DNA of 64,000 nt from an uncultured Acidobacteriota bacterium (GTDB lineage Bacteria; Acidobacteriota; UBA6911; RPQK01; JAPXNP01): positions 736,001 through 800,000 of the forward strand of contig CAVZRV010000007.1 of the NCBI GenBank assembly GCA_963777605.1, read 5' to 3'. Position numbers and translations under genes: made by a program. The notes under the pieces are model-generated. The model did no database searches. It was not told where the DNA came from and saw only the letters and a program-made list of their open reading frames with translations. Within the stretch, counting starts at the first letter, position 1. Every line of letters begins with the position of its first letter. Below, piece by piece: positions 9,047 to 19,251 of this stretch.

Positions 9047-12000
9047 CTACGCTGAGCGGCGCGGAGCCATCCTGACCGAAAGCCATGCCTTCGTCCAAGC
9101 CAGCGCAGGCACTGGAAAGACGCACACCCTGACACTTCGCGCGTTTTTCCTCCTGTGCCGGTTCGGTGGAACCGCGCTCTTCTCTCCTTCCCGGTCGAAA
9201 CGAATGTCCACGGCAAGGGAGGCAGTTCGCAGTCTGGTATTGACGACCTTTACTCGGAAAGCGGCTGCAGAGATGCAGACCCGCCTCTACCGCTACCTCG
9301 ACTTCATCGTAGCCGCCCCGGATTGCGAGGCTCTGCGCACCGAAGAGTCCCTCCAATGGGACTCCCTCTTCCTGGAAATTGTCGAATACCTTGTTGACCA
9401 TTTCTGCAGCGGCAGTTTCGACGTCTTCCGTGCAGGAATTGAATGCCTCGCCGAACTGGCTTCAGAAATGAACATCACGACCCTCCATGGCTACTCGGCG
9501 GGAATTCTGAAGCGCCATCCCGTCGAATCGGCGATCCCCCCGTGGTGTCGTTTCGCCGAGGAAGACGAGGACGATCTTTCCGACTTCGAGGATCGACTGG
9601 TCGATCGATGGTGGCAAACCGAGGCAGTGACCAACCCCGTCATTAAAGAACTCTTCGACGAGGTCTTGCGGGAGATCTCCCTCGACCAGCTTCGGAACTG
9701 GTTCAAGCTGGTTGCCCGGGCACCTTCCCTTTGCAGGAGACTCGACCAGTTCCCGTCCTTGCCGGAGCAACGCGCGGAGCGGGTAATCCAGGCCCTGCAG
9801 TGGCTCGCCTGCACCCTCCAGGGACTCAAAGGAGCCAAGCTCGTTAGAACAGGTCGAGAGTTGGAGGACCTGGTTTTGCCCGATCCTGGGCCGGCCTCCT
9901 GGCGGCAGATCTGCGGGTTTCTGGACCGCAATCAGAAGTACCTTTTTACCGGCAAAACGAAGTCGCTGAACGCAGCCCTCGCCGAGGCTCCTGCCCCGAT
10001 CAGGGATGAATTGGACGACTACTATGCTCTCTACGGCACGGCTCTCTCAAAAGTCCTCTCAACCGAGTTGGCCGCGGCCTGGGAAGCCTGGACTCGCCTG
10101 GTGACCGACTTTGCAGAATGGCAACGATCGGCCCGGCTGAACGACCTGGGTCTGTTGACCTTCGACGACATGATCACCCGCTGCGTGGAACTCCTCCGCA
10201 ACCACGACGCAGTCCGAAAGGCCGAACACCGGCGAATCCGCGCCTTGCTGGTGGACGAATTCCAGGATACCGACCGGGCTCAACTCCAACTCCTCTCTCT
10301 GCTGCTCGCGAAACAGCCGGGCGACAACCACGAGCCGATTGGCTTCTTCGTGGGGGATTCCAAACAGTCGATCTACCGGTTTCGCGGGGCAGACGTTCCG
10401 TCGGTCAACCGGTTCAGGGAACGCTACCAGTCACTGATCGGGATCGAGAGCCCTCCGCGAATGTTCCAGCTGCAAACCAGCTTTCGGTCGTCCGACCAGT
10501 TGATCGAATTCACGAACCGGCTCTTTTCCGACGACATCCCGCTGGCAACAGACACCGAACAACTCGTCCCCTTCCATGGACCGGGGAAGGGCCCGCCGGA
10601 GATTCTCGTCCCTGTGAAAGACCCCGAGATCGAGGTCCATTCGGCCGGTGCCTCCCGTGAAATGAGCGTCAACGCCCTTCTCTCGGTTGTCAGCGAATGG
10701 ATGGAAGGCCCCAGGCGGAAATTCAAAGACATCATGATTCTGACCCGCAGCAATCACGAACTCGATCTGATCCTTCCAGCCATGCTGCATGCCGGGGTCC
10801 CCGTGGTCGCTTCCGGTGCCAAGACCTTCTATCGGCACCCTGAAGTTCTGGATCTTCTAAACCTCCTGATCGCACTGCACCATCCTGACGACAGTCTCGC
10901 CACGGCCGCCACCCTCCGCGCTCCCCTATTCAACCTCACGGATGATCAGATCGATCGAATCCTCAGAGAAATGACCGCCCCGGCGATTTTTCACGGCCCT
11001 GCGGAAGTTCCCAAGTGGTTTCCCCAGGCCGAGTCGGAGAAAATCGCGGAATTACGCCGTCTGGTGACAGAACGGCACAGCACCTACCTGCCCGACTGGC
11101 TGATCGAGGTTCGCCGTCACTTCCCGATGACGTCTTATACCGACCCGAGGGACTGTGAAGGCCGCGCTCTCGCCCGGGTGGACAAAGTGCTGACGTCGTT
11201 TCAGAAGGTGCGCCTCTCCGGGAGCAACCCGCCGATTGTCTGGCTCGTTCAGCAGCGCCAGCGGGCCGCGGAAGCAGATCGCTGGGATGCCGAGATGGGA
11301 GAGGATGTGGCTCTCACCGATGAAACGGTCGATGCAGTCCGAGCCCTGACAGTGCACAAAGCCAAAGGACTTGAAGCCCCCCTGGTCATCCTTTTCGACT
11401 GGGGAGGCCTGATGCGGAGCACCCAATCACCCCGGCTGGAGAGTCCGCCATTGCTCGCGGCACCCAGTCGATCGGAAAGACTTGGTCTCGAGTTCAAGCT
11501 GCCCTGGGGCGACTTGTCCATTCTTTCGCCCGGATACCCGGAAGCCCTCGAGCGCGAACAGGAAGAATGTCGAAAAGAAGCCTGGAACCTGGCCTACGTG
11601 GCAGCGACCCGTGCCCGTGATCACGCCGTTCTTCTCGTCCCCCCCCGAAAGGAAGCCCGGTTTGCCATAGACCATGCGACCGGAGCATCCGAACGGGGAA
11701 TCGTCACCCTTCGGTGTCAGTCCTTTGAAAAACTGCACATCCAGACTGCCGCACCAGATCGGCGGGACCTTGACCGGGGGGAACATGCCAGTTTGTGGAA
11801 TTCCCGAAAGGAGCCGACCGACCGCAAGATTACCTACCACCCCAGCCACCTCGAAGACGATCGAGATCAACCACCTTCACTTGAAAAACGGCCGGTTTCC
11901 TCGTCAGACCCAGGACTGGGAAGCCAGGTGGGCCGGTTGGTCCACCGTTACCTGGAATGCCATCTCGAGGCTTCCTCGCTCGACCGTTCCAGCCTGGAGG

Positions 12001-12377
12001 GTCTGGCAGTTGAACTCGGTTTGGAGAAGAGCGGTCCTGAGGTCAGTAATGCCGCCGGCATCCTGGAACGGTTCCTGGCAGGAGAGACAGTAGACGGGGC
12101 CGGGTACCCCCTCATCACCCGCATCCGGAACGGACAGATCCTCGCCCGGGAACTGCCGGTATTTCTAACGTTCCAGGGAAAAGCCTGGAGCGGCGTTATC
12201 GACCTGATTTTATCTGAAGGAGCAAAGACAACCGGGATTGATTACAAAACCGGGTCGGCTGAGGGGAACCTGGGCCGCATTTACGCCCAGCAAAAGACGA
12301 TTTACCGGGAAGCGCTCTCACGAAGTCTGCCTGGAGCAGATGTGGCGTTCGAATTCTGGTGGCTCGGTTCCTCCTGA
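9033..12377 (+). CDS. addA: AddA/RexA-like UvrD helicase-nuclease
   Basis: ASAGTGKT Walker A, TFTRKAAAEM, LVDEFQDTD, VGDSKQSIYRFRGAD, LTVHKAKGLE, YVAATRARD, C-terminal GVIDL...IDYKTG. Confidence 0.85.
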   Translation: MSITDYAERRGAILTESHAFVQASAGTGKTHTLTLRAFFLLCRFGGTALFSPSRSKRMSTAREAVRSLVLTTFTRKAAAEMQTRLYRYLDFIVAAPDCEALRTEESLQWDSLFLEIVEYLVDHFCSGSFDVFRAGIECLAELASEMNITTLHGYSAGILKRHPVESAIPPWCRFAEEDEDDLSDFEDRLVDRWWQTEAVTNPVIKELFDEVLREISLDQLRNWFKLVARAPSLCRRLDQFPSLPEQRAERVIQALQWLACTLQGLKGAKLVRTGRELEDLVLPDPGPASWRQICGFLDRNQKYLFTGKTKSLNAALAEAPAPIRDELDDYYALYGTALSKVLSTELAAAWEAWTRLVTDFAEWQRSARLNDLGLLTFDDMITRCVELLRNHDAVRKAEHRRIRALLVDEFQDTDRAQLQLLSLLLAKQPGDNHEPIGFFVGDSKQSIYRFRGADVPSVNRFRERYQSLIGIESPPRMFQLQTSFRSSDQLIEFTNRLFSDDIPLATDTEQLVPFHGPGKGPPEILVPVKDPEIEVHSAGASREMSVNALLSVVSEWMEGPRRKFKDIMILTRSNHELDLILPAMLHAGVPVVASGAKTFYRHPEVLDLLNLLIALHHPDDSLATAATLRAPLFNLTDDQIDRILREMTAPAIFHGPAEVPKWFPQAESEKIAELRRLVTERHSTYLPDWLIEVRRHFPMTSYTDPRDCEGRALARVDKVLTSFQKVRLSGSNPPIVWLVQQRQRAAEADRWDAEMGEDVALTDETVDAVRALTVHKAKGLEAPLVILFDWGGLMRSTQSPRLESPPLLAAPSRSERLGLEFKLPWGDLSILSPGYPEALEREQEECRKEAWNLAYVAATRARDHAVLLVPPRKEARFAIDHATGASERGIVTLRCQSFEKLHIQTAAPDRRDLDRGEHASLWNSRKEPTDRKITYHPSHLEDDRDQPPSLEKRPVSSSDPGLGSQVGRLVHRYLECHLEASSLDRSSLEGLAVELGLEKSGPEVSNAAGILERFLAGETVDGAGYPLITRIRNGQILARELPVFLTFQGKAWSGVIDLILSEGAKTTGIDYKTGSAEGNLGRIYAQQKTIYREALSRSLPGADVAFEFWWLGSS

Positions 12378-12388
12378 AACCCCAGTTT

Positions 12389-12946
12389 TTACTCTCGCAA
12401 GTCGGGGTCTTGCTGCCAGAGAACGTCCGGTGCTCCCGCATCCCGATTAATGATCCGCGCAGCCACGAAGAGGAGGTCGGAGAGGCGATTGAGGTACTTC
12501 AGCCCTTCCGGGTTAACGGTTTGCTGTTCCATTAAGGTCACGAATTTTCGCTCCGCCCGGCGGCACACCGCTCGAGCAACGTGGCATGCCGCTGCTGCAG
12601 GAACCCCGCCGGGCAGGATGAAGTTGGCAAGGGGCTCCAGTTGTTCGTTGAAGCGGTCCAGCATCCCCTCCAATTTCTCGACCTGCTCCTGCTCGATGAG
12701 CTTGTGTCCGGGGACAGACAGTTCTCCGCCCAGATCGAAAAGGTCATGTTGGATATCCACCAGGACAGACCGCAACTCGGAACTTAACTCAAGGCTGAGC
12801 AGGACGCCCAATTGGCTGTTCAATTCGTCGATGTCTCCGGTGCAGTCAACGCGGGGGTCGTTCTTGGAGACCCGGCTGCCGTCGCCCAAGCCGGTGGTCC
12901 CCAAGTCACCCGTCCTGGTGTAAATCTTCGAAAGTCTGTAGCCCAT
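12389..12946 (-). CDS. pduO: ATP:cob(I)alamin adenosyltransferase, PduO type
   Basis: KIYTRTGDLGTTGL, GDIDELNS, FILPGG, ARAVCRRAER, YLNRLSDLLF. Confidence 0.92.
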   Translation of the reverse strand: MGYRLSKIYTRTGDLGTTGLGDGSRVSKNDPRVDCTGDIDELNSQLGVLLSLELSSELRSVLVDIQHDLFDLGGELSVPGHKLIEQEQVEKLEGMLDRFNEQLEPLANFILPGGVPAAAACHVARAVCRRAERKFVTLMEQQTVNPEGLKYLNRLSDLLFVAARIINRDAGAPDVLWQQDPDLRE

Positions 12947-13093
12947 CCGGATACGCCGCCTTTCCTTCTGTCCGGGAAACGAGGGCTCCCGGAGATGCAT
13001 CAGATCAAACTGCAAATCACCTGGCAACGGCCCGCCTTCCCGGAGGCATGCCGATCATGTCCTATAATCGTAACCTAGCGATACGGTGGTCGC

Positions 13094-14122
13094 ATGCGCA
13101 TAGCACACATAGAATTCGGCCACAGGCCCATATTCCTGGCACCAATGGAGGATGTCAGCGATCCTCCATTTCGGCGGCTGTGCAAACGGTATGGGGCCGA
13201 TTTGCTCTACACCGAGTTCATCTCCTCCGGGGGACTGGTCTACCAGGCAGAAGACTCGCTCAAGAAACTCGAGTTTCACGAAGACGAACGGCCGGTTGCC
13301 ATTCAGATCTTCGGAGGGGAGATCGAACAGGTTCGCGAAGCCGCCGCAATCGTGGACCGCGCCGAACCCGACATCATTGACATCAACTTCGGCTGCCCGG
13401 TCCGAAAAGTGGTCTGCCAGGACGGTGGAGCCGGCATTCTGCGCAACCTTCCCAAGATGGAAGCCATCGCGGCGGCGGTGGTGGAGGCGACTTCCCGGCC
13501 CGTTACCGTAAAGACGCGACTCGGCTGGGACGACGCAACGATCCGAATCCACGAAGTCGTACGTATGCTGGAGAGTGTCGGAGTCCGTGCCGTTGCGGTT
13601 CATGCTCGGACCCGATCACAGCTGTACAGTGGCTCCGCCCGCTGGTCATGGCTCAGAGAACTCAAGGATTCCTCTTCCGGTCGAATACCCATTATCGGTA
13701 ACGGTGACGCAACAACCCCGGACAAGATTCGGGCAATGTTCGAGGAAACTGGAGTGGACGCTGTCATGATCGGCCGAGGCGCTATCGGCAATCCCTGGAT
13801 CTTCCGGGATGCGAAAGCTCTGCTGGAATCAGGCGAGGTTCCGGCCCCCCCGTCATGGGAGGAACGAGTTGCGGTAGTCGGCGAACATCTCACGATGAAG
13901 AGTGACTGGCTCGGCGAGCGACGGGGAGTACTGGAAATGCGACGTATGTACAGCGGTTACTTCCGGGGGTTCCCGGGTTGCGTCGGGTTCAAGCAGCGCA
14001 TCATGGAGGAAACCACCTGTGGAGGGGTTCTCGAGATTCTGCTCAACAGTTCTCCGGCCGACTTCACGAGATCCAGAATCGCGGTCCCGGAAACAGAGGC
14101 TGTAGGTCCCGAGACCCAATGA
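13094..14122 (+). CDS. dusB: tRNA dihydrouridine synthase B
   Basis: LAPMEDVSD, IDINFGCP, VTVKTRLGW, VHART, IIGNGD, VMIGRGAIGNPWIF. Confidence 0.92.
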   Translation: MRIAHIEFGHRPIFLAPMEDVSDPPFRRLCKRYGADLLYTEFISSGGLVYQAEDSLKKLEFHEDERPVAIQIFGGEIEQVREAAAIVDRAEPDIIDINFGCPVRKVVCQDGGAGILRNLPKMEAIAAAVVEATSRPVTVKTRLGWDDATIRIHEVVRMLESVGVRAVAVHARTRSQLYSGSARWSWLRELKDSSSGRIPIIGNGDATTPDKIRAMFEETGVDAVMIGRGAIGNPWIFRDAKALLESGEVPAPPSWEERVAVVGEHLTMKSDWLGERRGVLEMRRMYSGYFRGFPGCVGFKQRIMEETTCGGVLEILLNSSPADFTRSRIAVPETEAVGPETQ

Positions 14123-14289
14123 TCCCACCGGATTGATCGGCCAGGCCGGACCCGTCGAAAGGGACCAATTCTGCGCGGGGAGTCGCGGCGAACGGTTCTT
14201 TGCCCCCCAAGGACGTTTCCGAATCTCAACCGAGAATAGGTAGAATAACGTTTTTGCAATCGGGGACCGCACTGGAGGAAGAGGTAACT

Positions 14290-15630
14290 ATGGAGATCGT
14301 ACCCGGTCATCTGGTCTGTATCGTAGGCGGCGGAATTGCGGGCTCCGAGGCCGCAAATCGACTGACGAGCCGCGGAATACGCACCATCGTGATTGAGCAG
14401 GGCGCAGTCCCCTGGGGAAAAATTGAACTGGGTCTTCCGAAATGGCACGCCAAGCAGAGAGACCAGGAGGAAGCCGGTATCGACGATAAACTGGCTCACC
14501 CGCTGGTTCACTACCTACCCGGCACAAGGGTCGGGGCGGATCTTTCGATTCGGGATATCGCTGATTGGGGTGTCAGCGCGGTGCTTCTGGCAGTCGGCGC
14601 CTGGCGAGACCGCCCTCTCGATCTTCCCGACATTCATGATTTCCTCGACAAGGGTTTTGTCTACCAGAACCCCTTTGTTTCCTGGTTCAATCAGTATCAC
14701 GATCCGCGCTATCAGGGACCCCATCTCGAGATCCCGGACGGAGCCATCGTAGTGGGCGGAGGGCTGGCGTCACTCGACGTGGTCAAGATCCTGATGCTGG
14801 AAACCACGATCAACGCCCTCGCCAGACTGGGCATTAAGGTCGATCTCTTCACGCTCGAGAAGAAAGGTATTCCCAAGACCCTCGACGCCCTGGGCGTCAC
14901 CTGGGAATCCCTCGGGCTCAAGGGATGTACGCTGTTTTACCGTCGCGGCCCCGAGCACATGCCCCTGATTCCCCTCGACGACGATCCCACGCCGGAACGT
15001 CTCGCCCAGGCCGAGAAAGTGCGCGTCAAGCTGCTTCAGAACGCCCAGGACAAGTACCTGTTCGGTTTCCAGCCCTACTCGATTCCGGTCGACACGATCG
15101 CGGAGGCCGGTCACCTCAAGGGCTTGATCTTCCGCAAGACGGCAGTCCACGAGGGGCGGGTCAAGGAGATACCCGGCAGCGAATTCAGCGTTCAGGGCCC
15201 CCTCGTCATTGCCTCGATCGGAAGCCTTCCCGAGCCGATCCCCCATCTGCCGCTCGACCGGGAACTGTTCCACCTGGAAGAAGAATCGACCTGCAGGGTA
15301 AAAGGGTTTGACAATGTGTTTGCCCTCGGAAACGCGGTCACCGGGCGGGGCAACATCCGGGCGTCCCGCATGCACGCCCGGGAAACGGCTGACTGGGTCA
15401 TCGACCAGTTCCTCCATTGGACAGTTCAGGACCTCGAGGTCCTGAACCGACTCGCCCTGCTTCAGGACAGCGAGTTGGAGGAATTCTGCCGGACAAAGAA
15501 CATCCTCTCCACAAACCAGATTCGATCCATCCTGGCAGAGGTAGCCGAACTGCAGCAGGAAGTCGGTTACGACGGCAATTACCGGCAGTGGATCGAGGCC
15601 AACCGGCCCCTGCGACTGGAGCATTTATGA
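14290..15630 (+). CDS. FAD/NAD(P)-dependent oxidoreductase (GltD/ferredoxin-NADP reductase-like)
   Basis: VCIVGGGIAGSEAA FAD motif, second VVGGGLASLD motif, YRRG, VFALGNAVTG; GAGG RBS before ATG 14290. Confidence 0.75.
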   Translation: MEIVPGHLVCIVGGGIAGSEAANRLTSRGIRTIVIEQGAVPWGKIELGLPKWHAKQRDQEEAGIDDKLAHPLVHYLPGTRVGADLSIRDIADWGVSAVLLAVGAWRDRPLDLPDIHDFLDKGFVYQNPFVSWFNQYHDPRYQGPHLEIPDGAIVVGGGLASLDVVKILMLETTINALARLGIKVDLFTLEKKGIPKTLDALGVTWESLGLKGCTLFYRRGPEHMPLIPLDDDPTPERLAQAEKVRVKLLQNAQDKYLFGFQPYSIPVDTIAEAGHLKGLIFRKTAVHEGRVKEIPGSEFSVQGPLVIASIGSLPEPIPHLPLDRELFHLEEESTCRVKGFDNVFALGNAVTGRGNIRASRMHARETADWVIDQFLHWTVQDLEVLNRLALLQDSELEEFCRTKNILSTNQIRSILAEVAELQQEVGYDGNYRQWIEANRPLRLEHL

Positions 15631-16835
15631 ATCACGCTGATCCCGAGCCGGCCGCCGGTTCGGATGCCCCCGAACTTCCTGCAAGTGTGCGCACGGTCCA
15701 CTTGGGCGAAAGACAGATCTACCTGGTCGGAACGGCCCATGTTTCCCGGGAGAGCGTGTCCGAAGTTCGACAGACCATCGAAGCCCTGCGACCGGATGTG
15801 GTCTGTGTGGAGCTGGATGAGGGGCGCTACCAGAACCTGACCGACCTGAGCCGATGGAAGAAGACCAACATCAGCGAGGTAATCCGCAAAGGGAAGGCGA
15901 TGCTCCTGCTGAGTTCCCTGATCATGACCTCCTTCCAACGGCGGATCGGTAAGAAGCTGGGGGTGATACCGGGAGCGGAGCTCCTCGAAGCCGTCAACGC
16001 CGCCCGCGACGTCGATGCCCGCGTCGTGCTGGCCGATCGGGACATCCAGATCACGCTCAAGCGCACGTGGAGCAAATTTCGACTCCTGGATCGCATCAAG
16101 GTTGCCGGGCAACTGGCTGCCAGTCTGTTTGTTTCCGATGAAATCGACGAGAAAACGATCGAGGAACTGAAGCAGCAGGAGAAGCTGGGCGACGTGCTGC
16201 AATTGCTCGCCGACGAATTCCCTTCGATGAAGGGAGGGCTGATCGACGAGCGGGACATCTACCTTTCTCAGCGCATCAGGGAAGCCGGGGGCAAGCGGGT
16301 GGTTGCGGTAGTCGGTGCGGGTCACGTCCCCGGGATCCTCACCCACCTCGACGAGGATCAGGATCTCGCCCCGCTGGACACCGTTCCGCCGCCATCGACG
16401 GCGGGAAAGATTCTCAAGTGGGGGATTCCGGCCCTGATCATTTGCCTTCTTGCCTACGGGTTCATCACTGGCAACTCCGACCAGTCGCTGCAGTCCATCT
16501 ACATCTGGTTCTTTGTCCACGGAGTCCTTTCCGCTCTCGGTGCGGCCGCCGCGCTCGGCCACCCATTGACCGTCCTCTCCGCCTTCCTGGCTTCTCCCTT
16601 AACGAGCCTGAATCCCATGATTGCCGCGGGCTGGGTAAGCGGACTCGTCCAGGCGCTGGTCAAGAAACCCAAAGTAGAGGACCTGGAGAACCTGCCCGAA
16701 GCAATCACTTCGGTCAAAGGCTTCTGGACGAATCCCGTGTGCCGCATCCTGCTCGTGGTTGCCTTTTCGAACCTGGGCAGCGCGCTTGGAACGTTCGTTG
16801 CGGGAAGCTGGATCGCGGCCAGGATTTTCGGCTGA
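15627..16835 (+). CDS. TraB/PrgY (pheromone shutdown) family membrane protein
   Basis: YLVGTAHVS, VCVELD, PGAE, LADRDIQITLKR, LIDERD, VAVVGAGHVPGI, C-terminal TM helices; ATGA overlap with the upstream gene. Confidence 0.88.
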   Translation: MNHADPEPAAGSDAPELPASVRTVHLGERQIYLVGTAHVSRESVSEVRQTIEALRPDVVCVELDEGRYQNLTDLSRWKKTNISEVIRKGKAMLLLSSLIMTSFQRRIGKKLGVIPGAELLEAVNAARDVDARVVLADRDIQITLKRTWSKFRLLDRIKVAGQLAASLFVSDEIDEKTIEELKQQEKLGDVLQLLADEFPSMKGGLIDERDIYLSQRIREAGGKRVVAVVGAGHVPGILTHLDEDQDLAPLDTVPPPSTAGKILKWGIPALIICLLAYGFITGNSDQSLQSIYIWFFVHGVLSALGAAAALGHPLTVLSAFLASPLTSLNPMIAAGWVSGLVQALVKKPKVEDLENLPEAITSVKGFWTNPVCRILLVVAFSNLGSALGTFVAGSWIAARIFG

Positions 16836-16862
16836 GGCCGGTTTCGTGTTATTCATACTGCG

Positions 16863-17978
16863 ATGGCCGGAAACACCTTTGGAGAGGCATTTCGAATAAC
16901 GACCTGGGGAGAGAGCCACGGAGCTTCGGTCGGTGTGGTTATCGACGGTTGCCCGCCGGGCGTTCGGGTCGATTCCGAAGCCATTCAGCTCGAACTTGAT
17001 CGAAGACGCCCGGGACAAAGCATCCTGACTACCCAGCGCCGGGAAAAGGACCAGGTTGAAATCCTCAGTGGCGTCCTCGAAGGGCGGTCCCTCGGCACTC
17101 CCATTGCCTTGATGGTCCGAAATACCGATGCGCGCTCGCAAGACTACTCCGAAATGGAGACGATCTACCGGCCGTCTCATGCTGACATGACCTATGACTT
17201 CAAGTACGGCCTTCGAAGTTGGGCCGGAGGCGGGCGGGCAAGTGCAAGAGAGACCATCGGACGAGTAGCTGCCGGTGCCGTCGCCCGCGAGTGGCTGAAA
17301 TCGGAGTTTGGCGTGGAAATCGTGGCCTGGGTCCAGCAGGTCCACGAGGTCGCGCTTCAGGCGATCGACTACGACACCATCACGCGTGAACAGGTGGATG
17401 CCAATCCGGTTCGCTGTCCCGATCCTGCCACCGCCGACCGGATGATAAGTGCAGTTGACGAAGCCCGCCGCAGCCGGGATTCCGTTGGCGGTGTCGTCGA
17501 GGTTGTGGCACGCGGCTGTCCAGCCGGCTGGGGCGAACCGGTATTTGACAAACTGGACGCTCTACTCGGGCTGGCCTTCCTTTCGATCCCCGCGGCAAAA
17601 GGGGTTGAAATCGGGAGTGGTTTTCGCGGCACGACGCTCCGAGGCAGTGAACACAACGACGAGTTCATCAAAGTCGGAGGTGAGATCCGGACCCGGACCA
17701 ACAACAGCGGGGGAGTTCAGGGGGGTATCTCGAACGGGATGCCGATCACCGCCCGAGTTGCCTTCAAACCGACTTCCACGATTGCCTCAGAACAACGTTC
17801 GGTGACGTCGTCGGGTGTCGAGACCGTTCTCAAGGCCAAGGGCCGGCACGACCCATGCGTCCTCCCGCGAGCAGTACCCATCGTAGAAGCGATGATGGCC
17901 CTGGTCCTGGTGGACCTGGCACTCCGGGATCGAGGCCAGATCGGACCCCGGGACAAAACGTTGCGGCCGCGCTTCTAG
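16863..17978 (+). CDS. aroC: Chorismate synthase
   Basis: [51 protein letters not shown]. Confidence 0.97.
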   Translation: MAGNTFGEAFRITTWGESHGASVGVVIDGCPPGVRVDSEAIQLELDRRRPGQSILTTQRREKDQVEILSGVLEGRSLGTPIALMVRNTDARSQDYSEMETIYRPSHADMTYDFKYGLRSWAGGGRASARETIGRVAAGAVAREWLKSEFGVEIVAWVQQVHEVALQAIDYDTITREQVDANPVRCPDPATADRMISAVDEARRSRDSVGGVVEVVARGCPAGWGEPVFDKLDALLGLAFLSIPAAKGVEIGSGFRGTTLRGSEHNDEFIKVGGEIRTRTNNSGGVQGGISNGMPITARVAFKPTSTIASEQRSVTSSGVETVLKAKGRHDPCVLPRAVPIVEAMMALVLVDLALRDRGQIGPRDKTLRPRF

Positions 17979-18067
17979 TGCCCTGTAAGGCACCTGTTCC
18001 GAGCACGACAGCATCAACGCCTCCTCCACAGTTGCATACCACGTTCTGATCCGGGACACTGGCTTCC

Positions 18068-19216
18068 ATGAACAATCCGGGCATGATGAAGCGCACGTGG
18101 CTGTACGACTGTCTTTTTGCAATCACCTTCTGTTTGCTCTGGACGCTCACCATTCCAACATCGGTTGCGGCCACCCACTCGATCTTTAACGGGAAGGACC
18201 TCACTGGCTGGACCGAAGTGAACGAGGAAGGGGCGTTTTCGGCGAGCAAAGGAGAACTGGTACTCTCCCAACCTCACCACTACCCAGGCTGGCTGAGAAC
18301 GGACAAGAAATACGAAAACTTTCGGCTGAGCCTCGAGTATCTGACCCCTGGCTGGTGTGAGTCGGGAATCTTCATTCACGCCCCGCTGTACGGCAGGCAA
18401 TCGCGCTCGGGAATCAAGATCCACCTGCGGCACAACAACGAAAACGAAGGCTCCCGATCGGTCGGCGCACTCTACGACATTCTCCCTCCGATGGCGTTGG
18501 TTGCGGACGGGCGCAACCAGTGGAATCGTCTCGAAATTGACTGTGACTGGCCCCATCTCAAGGTAACCCTGAATGGCACCGTCATCCAGGATGTGAACAT
18601 GGAACTGGTTCCCGAATTGCGCTGGCGGATGCGTTCCGGGTACATAGGGATTCAGGATCTGGGTTGCCAAATTCGTTTTCGGAACATTTCGATCGAAGAA
18701 CTTCCCTCCCGGGAGACCTGGAAAGAGCTGTTCAACGGACGGGACCTGACCGGCTGGCACATCAGGGACAACGCTCCGTGGAAGGTTGAGGATGGGAAAA
18801 TCATCTCCGAAGGCGGAGACGGCTACCTGATCACTGACGACACCTTCAGCTCGTTCGTGTTCCAAGTCTTCGTGAAAACCTCAAAACTCGCCAACGGCGG
18901 CATCTTCTTCCGCTGGGGAGTCGATGGCGGTCGCGGTTATGAGACCCAGGTTTTCAACGTTCCCGATGCCACCAATCCGACCGGAAGCATATACGGCGTC
19001 GTTCCCTCGAAAGACCCGTCGTCGCGGGATGGGGAGTGGTTCAGCCTGCAGATTATCTCCGACGGTGCCTACGCTGCGGTCTTTGTCAACGGGGACAAGG
19101 TTGCCGAATCCTCGAGTCTCCCGCTTCGCGACCAGGGTCAAATCGCATTCCAGATGCACCGTGACGGATCAAGGTTGGAGTTTCTCGAGCCGCGGATCAA
19201 GCCGATTCCGCACTGA
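18068..19216 (+). CDS. Secreted tandem DUF1080 (3-keto-disaccharide hydrolase-like) protein
   Basis: Signal peptide; two IFNGKDLTGW/LFNGRDLTGW repeats, SGYIGIQD, ANGGIFFR, GQIAFQMH. Confidence 0.85.
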   Translation: MNNPGMMKRTWLYDCLFAITFCLLWTLTIPTSVAATHSIFNGKDLTGWTEVNEEGAFSASKGELVLSQPHHYPGWLRTDKKYENFRLSLEYLTPGWCESGIFIHAPLYGRQSRSGIKIHLRHNNENEGSRSVGALYDILPPMALVADGRNQWNRLEIDCDWPHLKVTLNGTVIQDVNMELVPELRWRMRSGYIGIQDLGCQIRFRNISIEELPSRETWKELFNGRDLTGWHIRDNAPWKVEDGKIISEGGDGYLITDDTFSSFVFQVFVKTSKLANGGIFFRWGVDGGRGYETQVFNVPDATNPTGSIYGVVPSKDPSSRDGEWFSLQIISDGAYAAVFVNGDKVAESSSLPLRDQGQIAFQMHRDGSRLEFLEPRIKPIPH

Positions 19217-19236
19217 GGTAGCTTATGCGGGATTCG

Positions 19237-19245
19237 TGCTAAGGT
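19237..19245 (+). promoter_or_regulatory. Extended -10 promoter (TGcTAAGGT), 6 nt before the msrP ATG; probable leaderless start
   Basis: Sequence gTGcTAAGGTttcttaATG with no Shine-Dalgarno. Confidence 0.45.
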
Positions 19246-19251
19246 TTCTTA

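Noticed and set aside
5906-12377. Helicase-nuclease pair as a defence or Cas4-linked system
   Set aside because: Order, size and motifs fit housekeeping AddAB repair; no CRISPR array or cas genes seen
12947-13093. Cobalamin riboswitch upstream of pduO
   Set aside because: No B12-box or other conserved cobalamin riboswitch motifs visible
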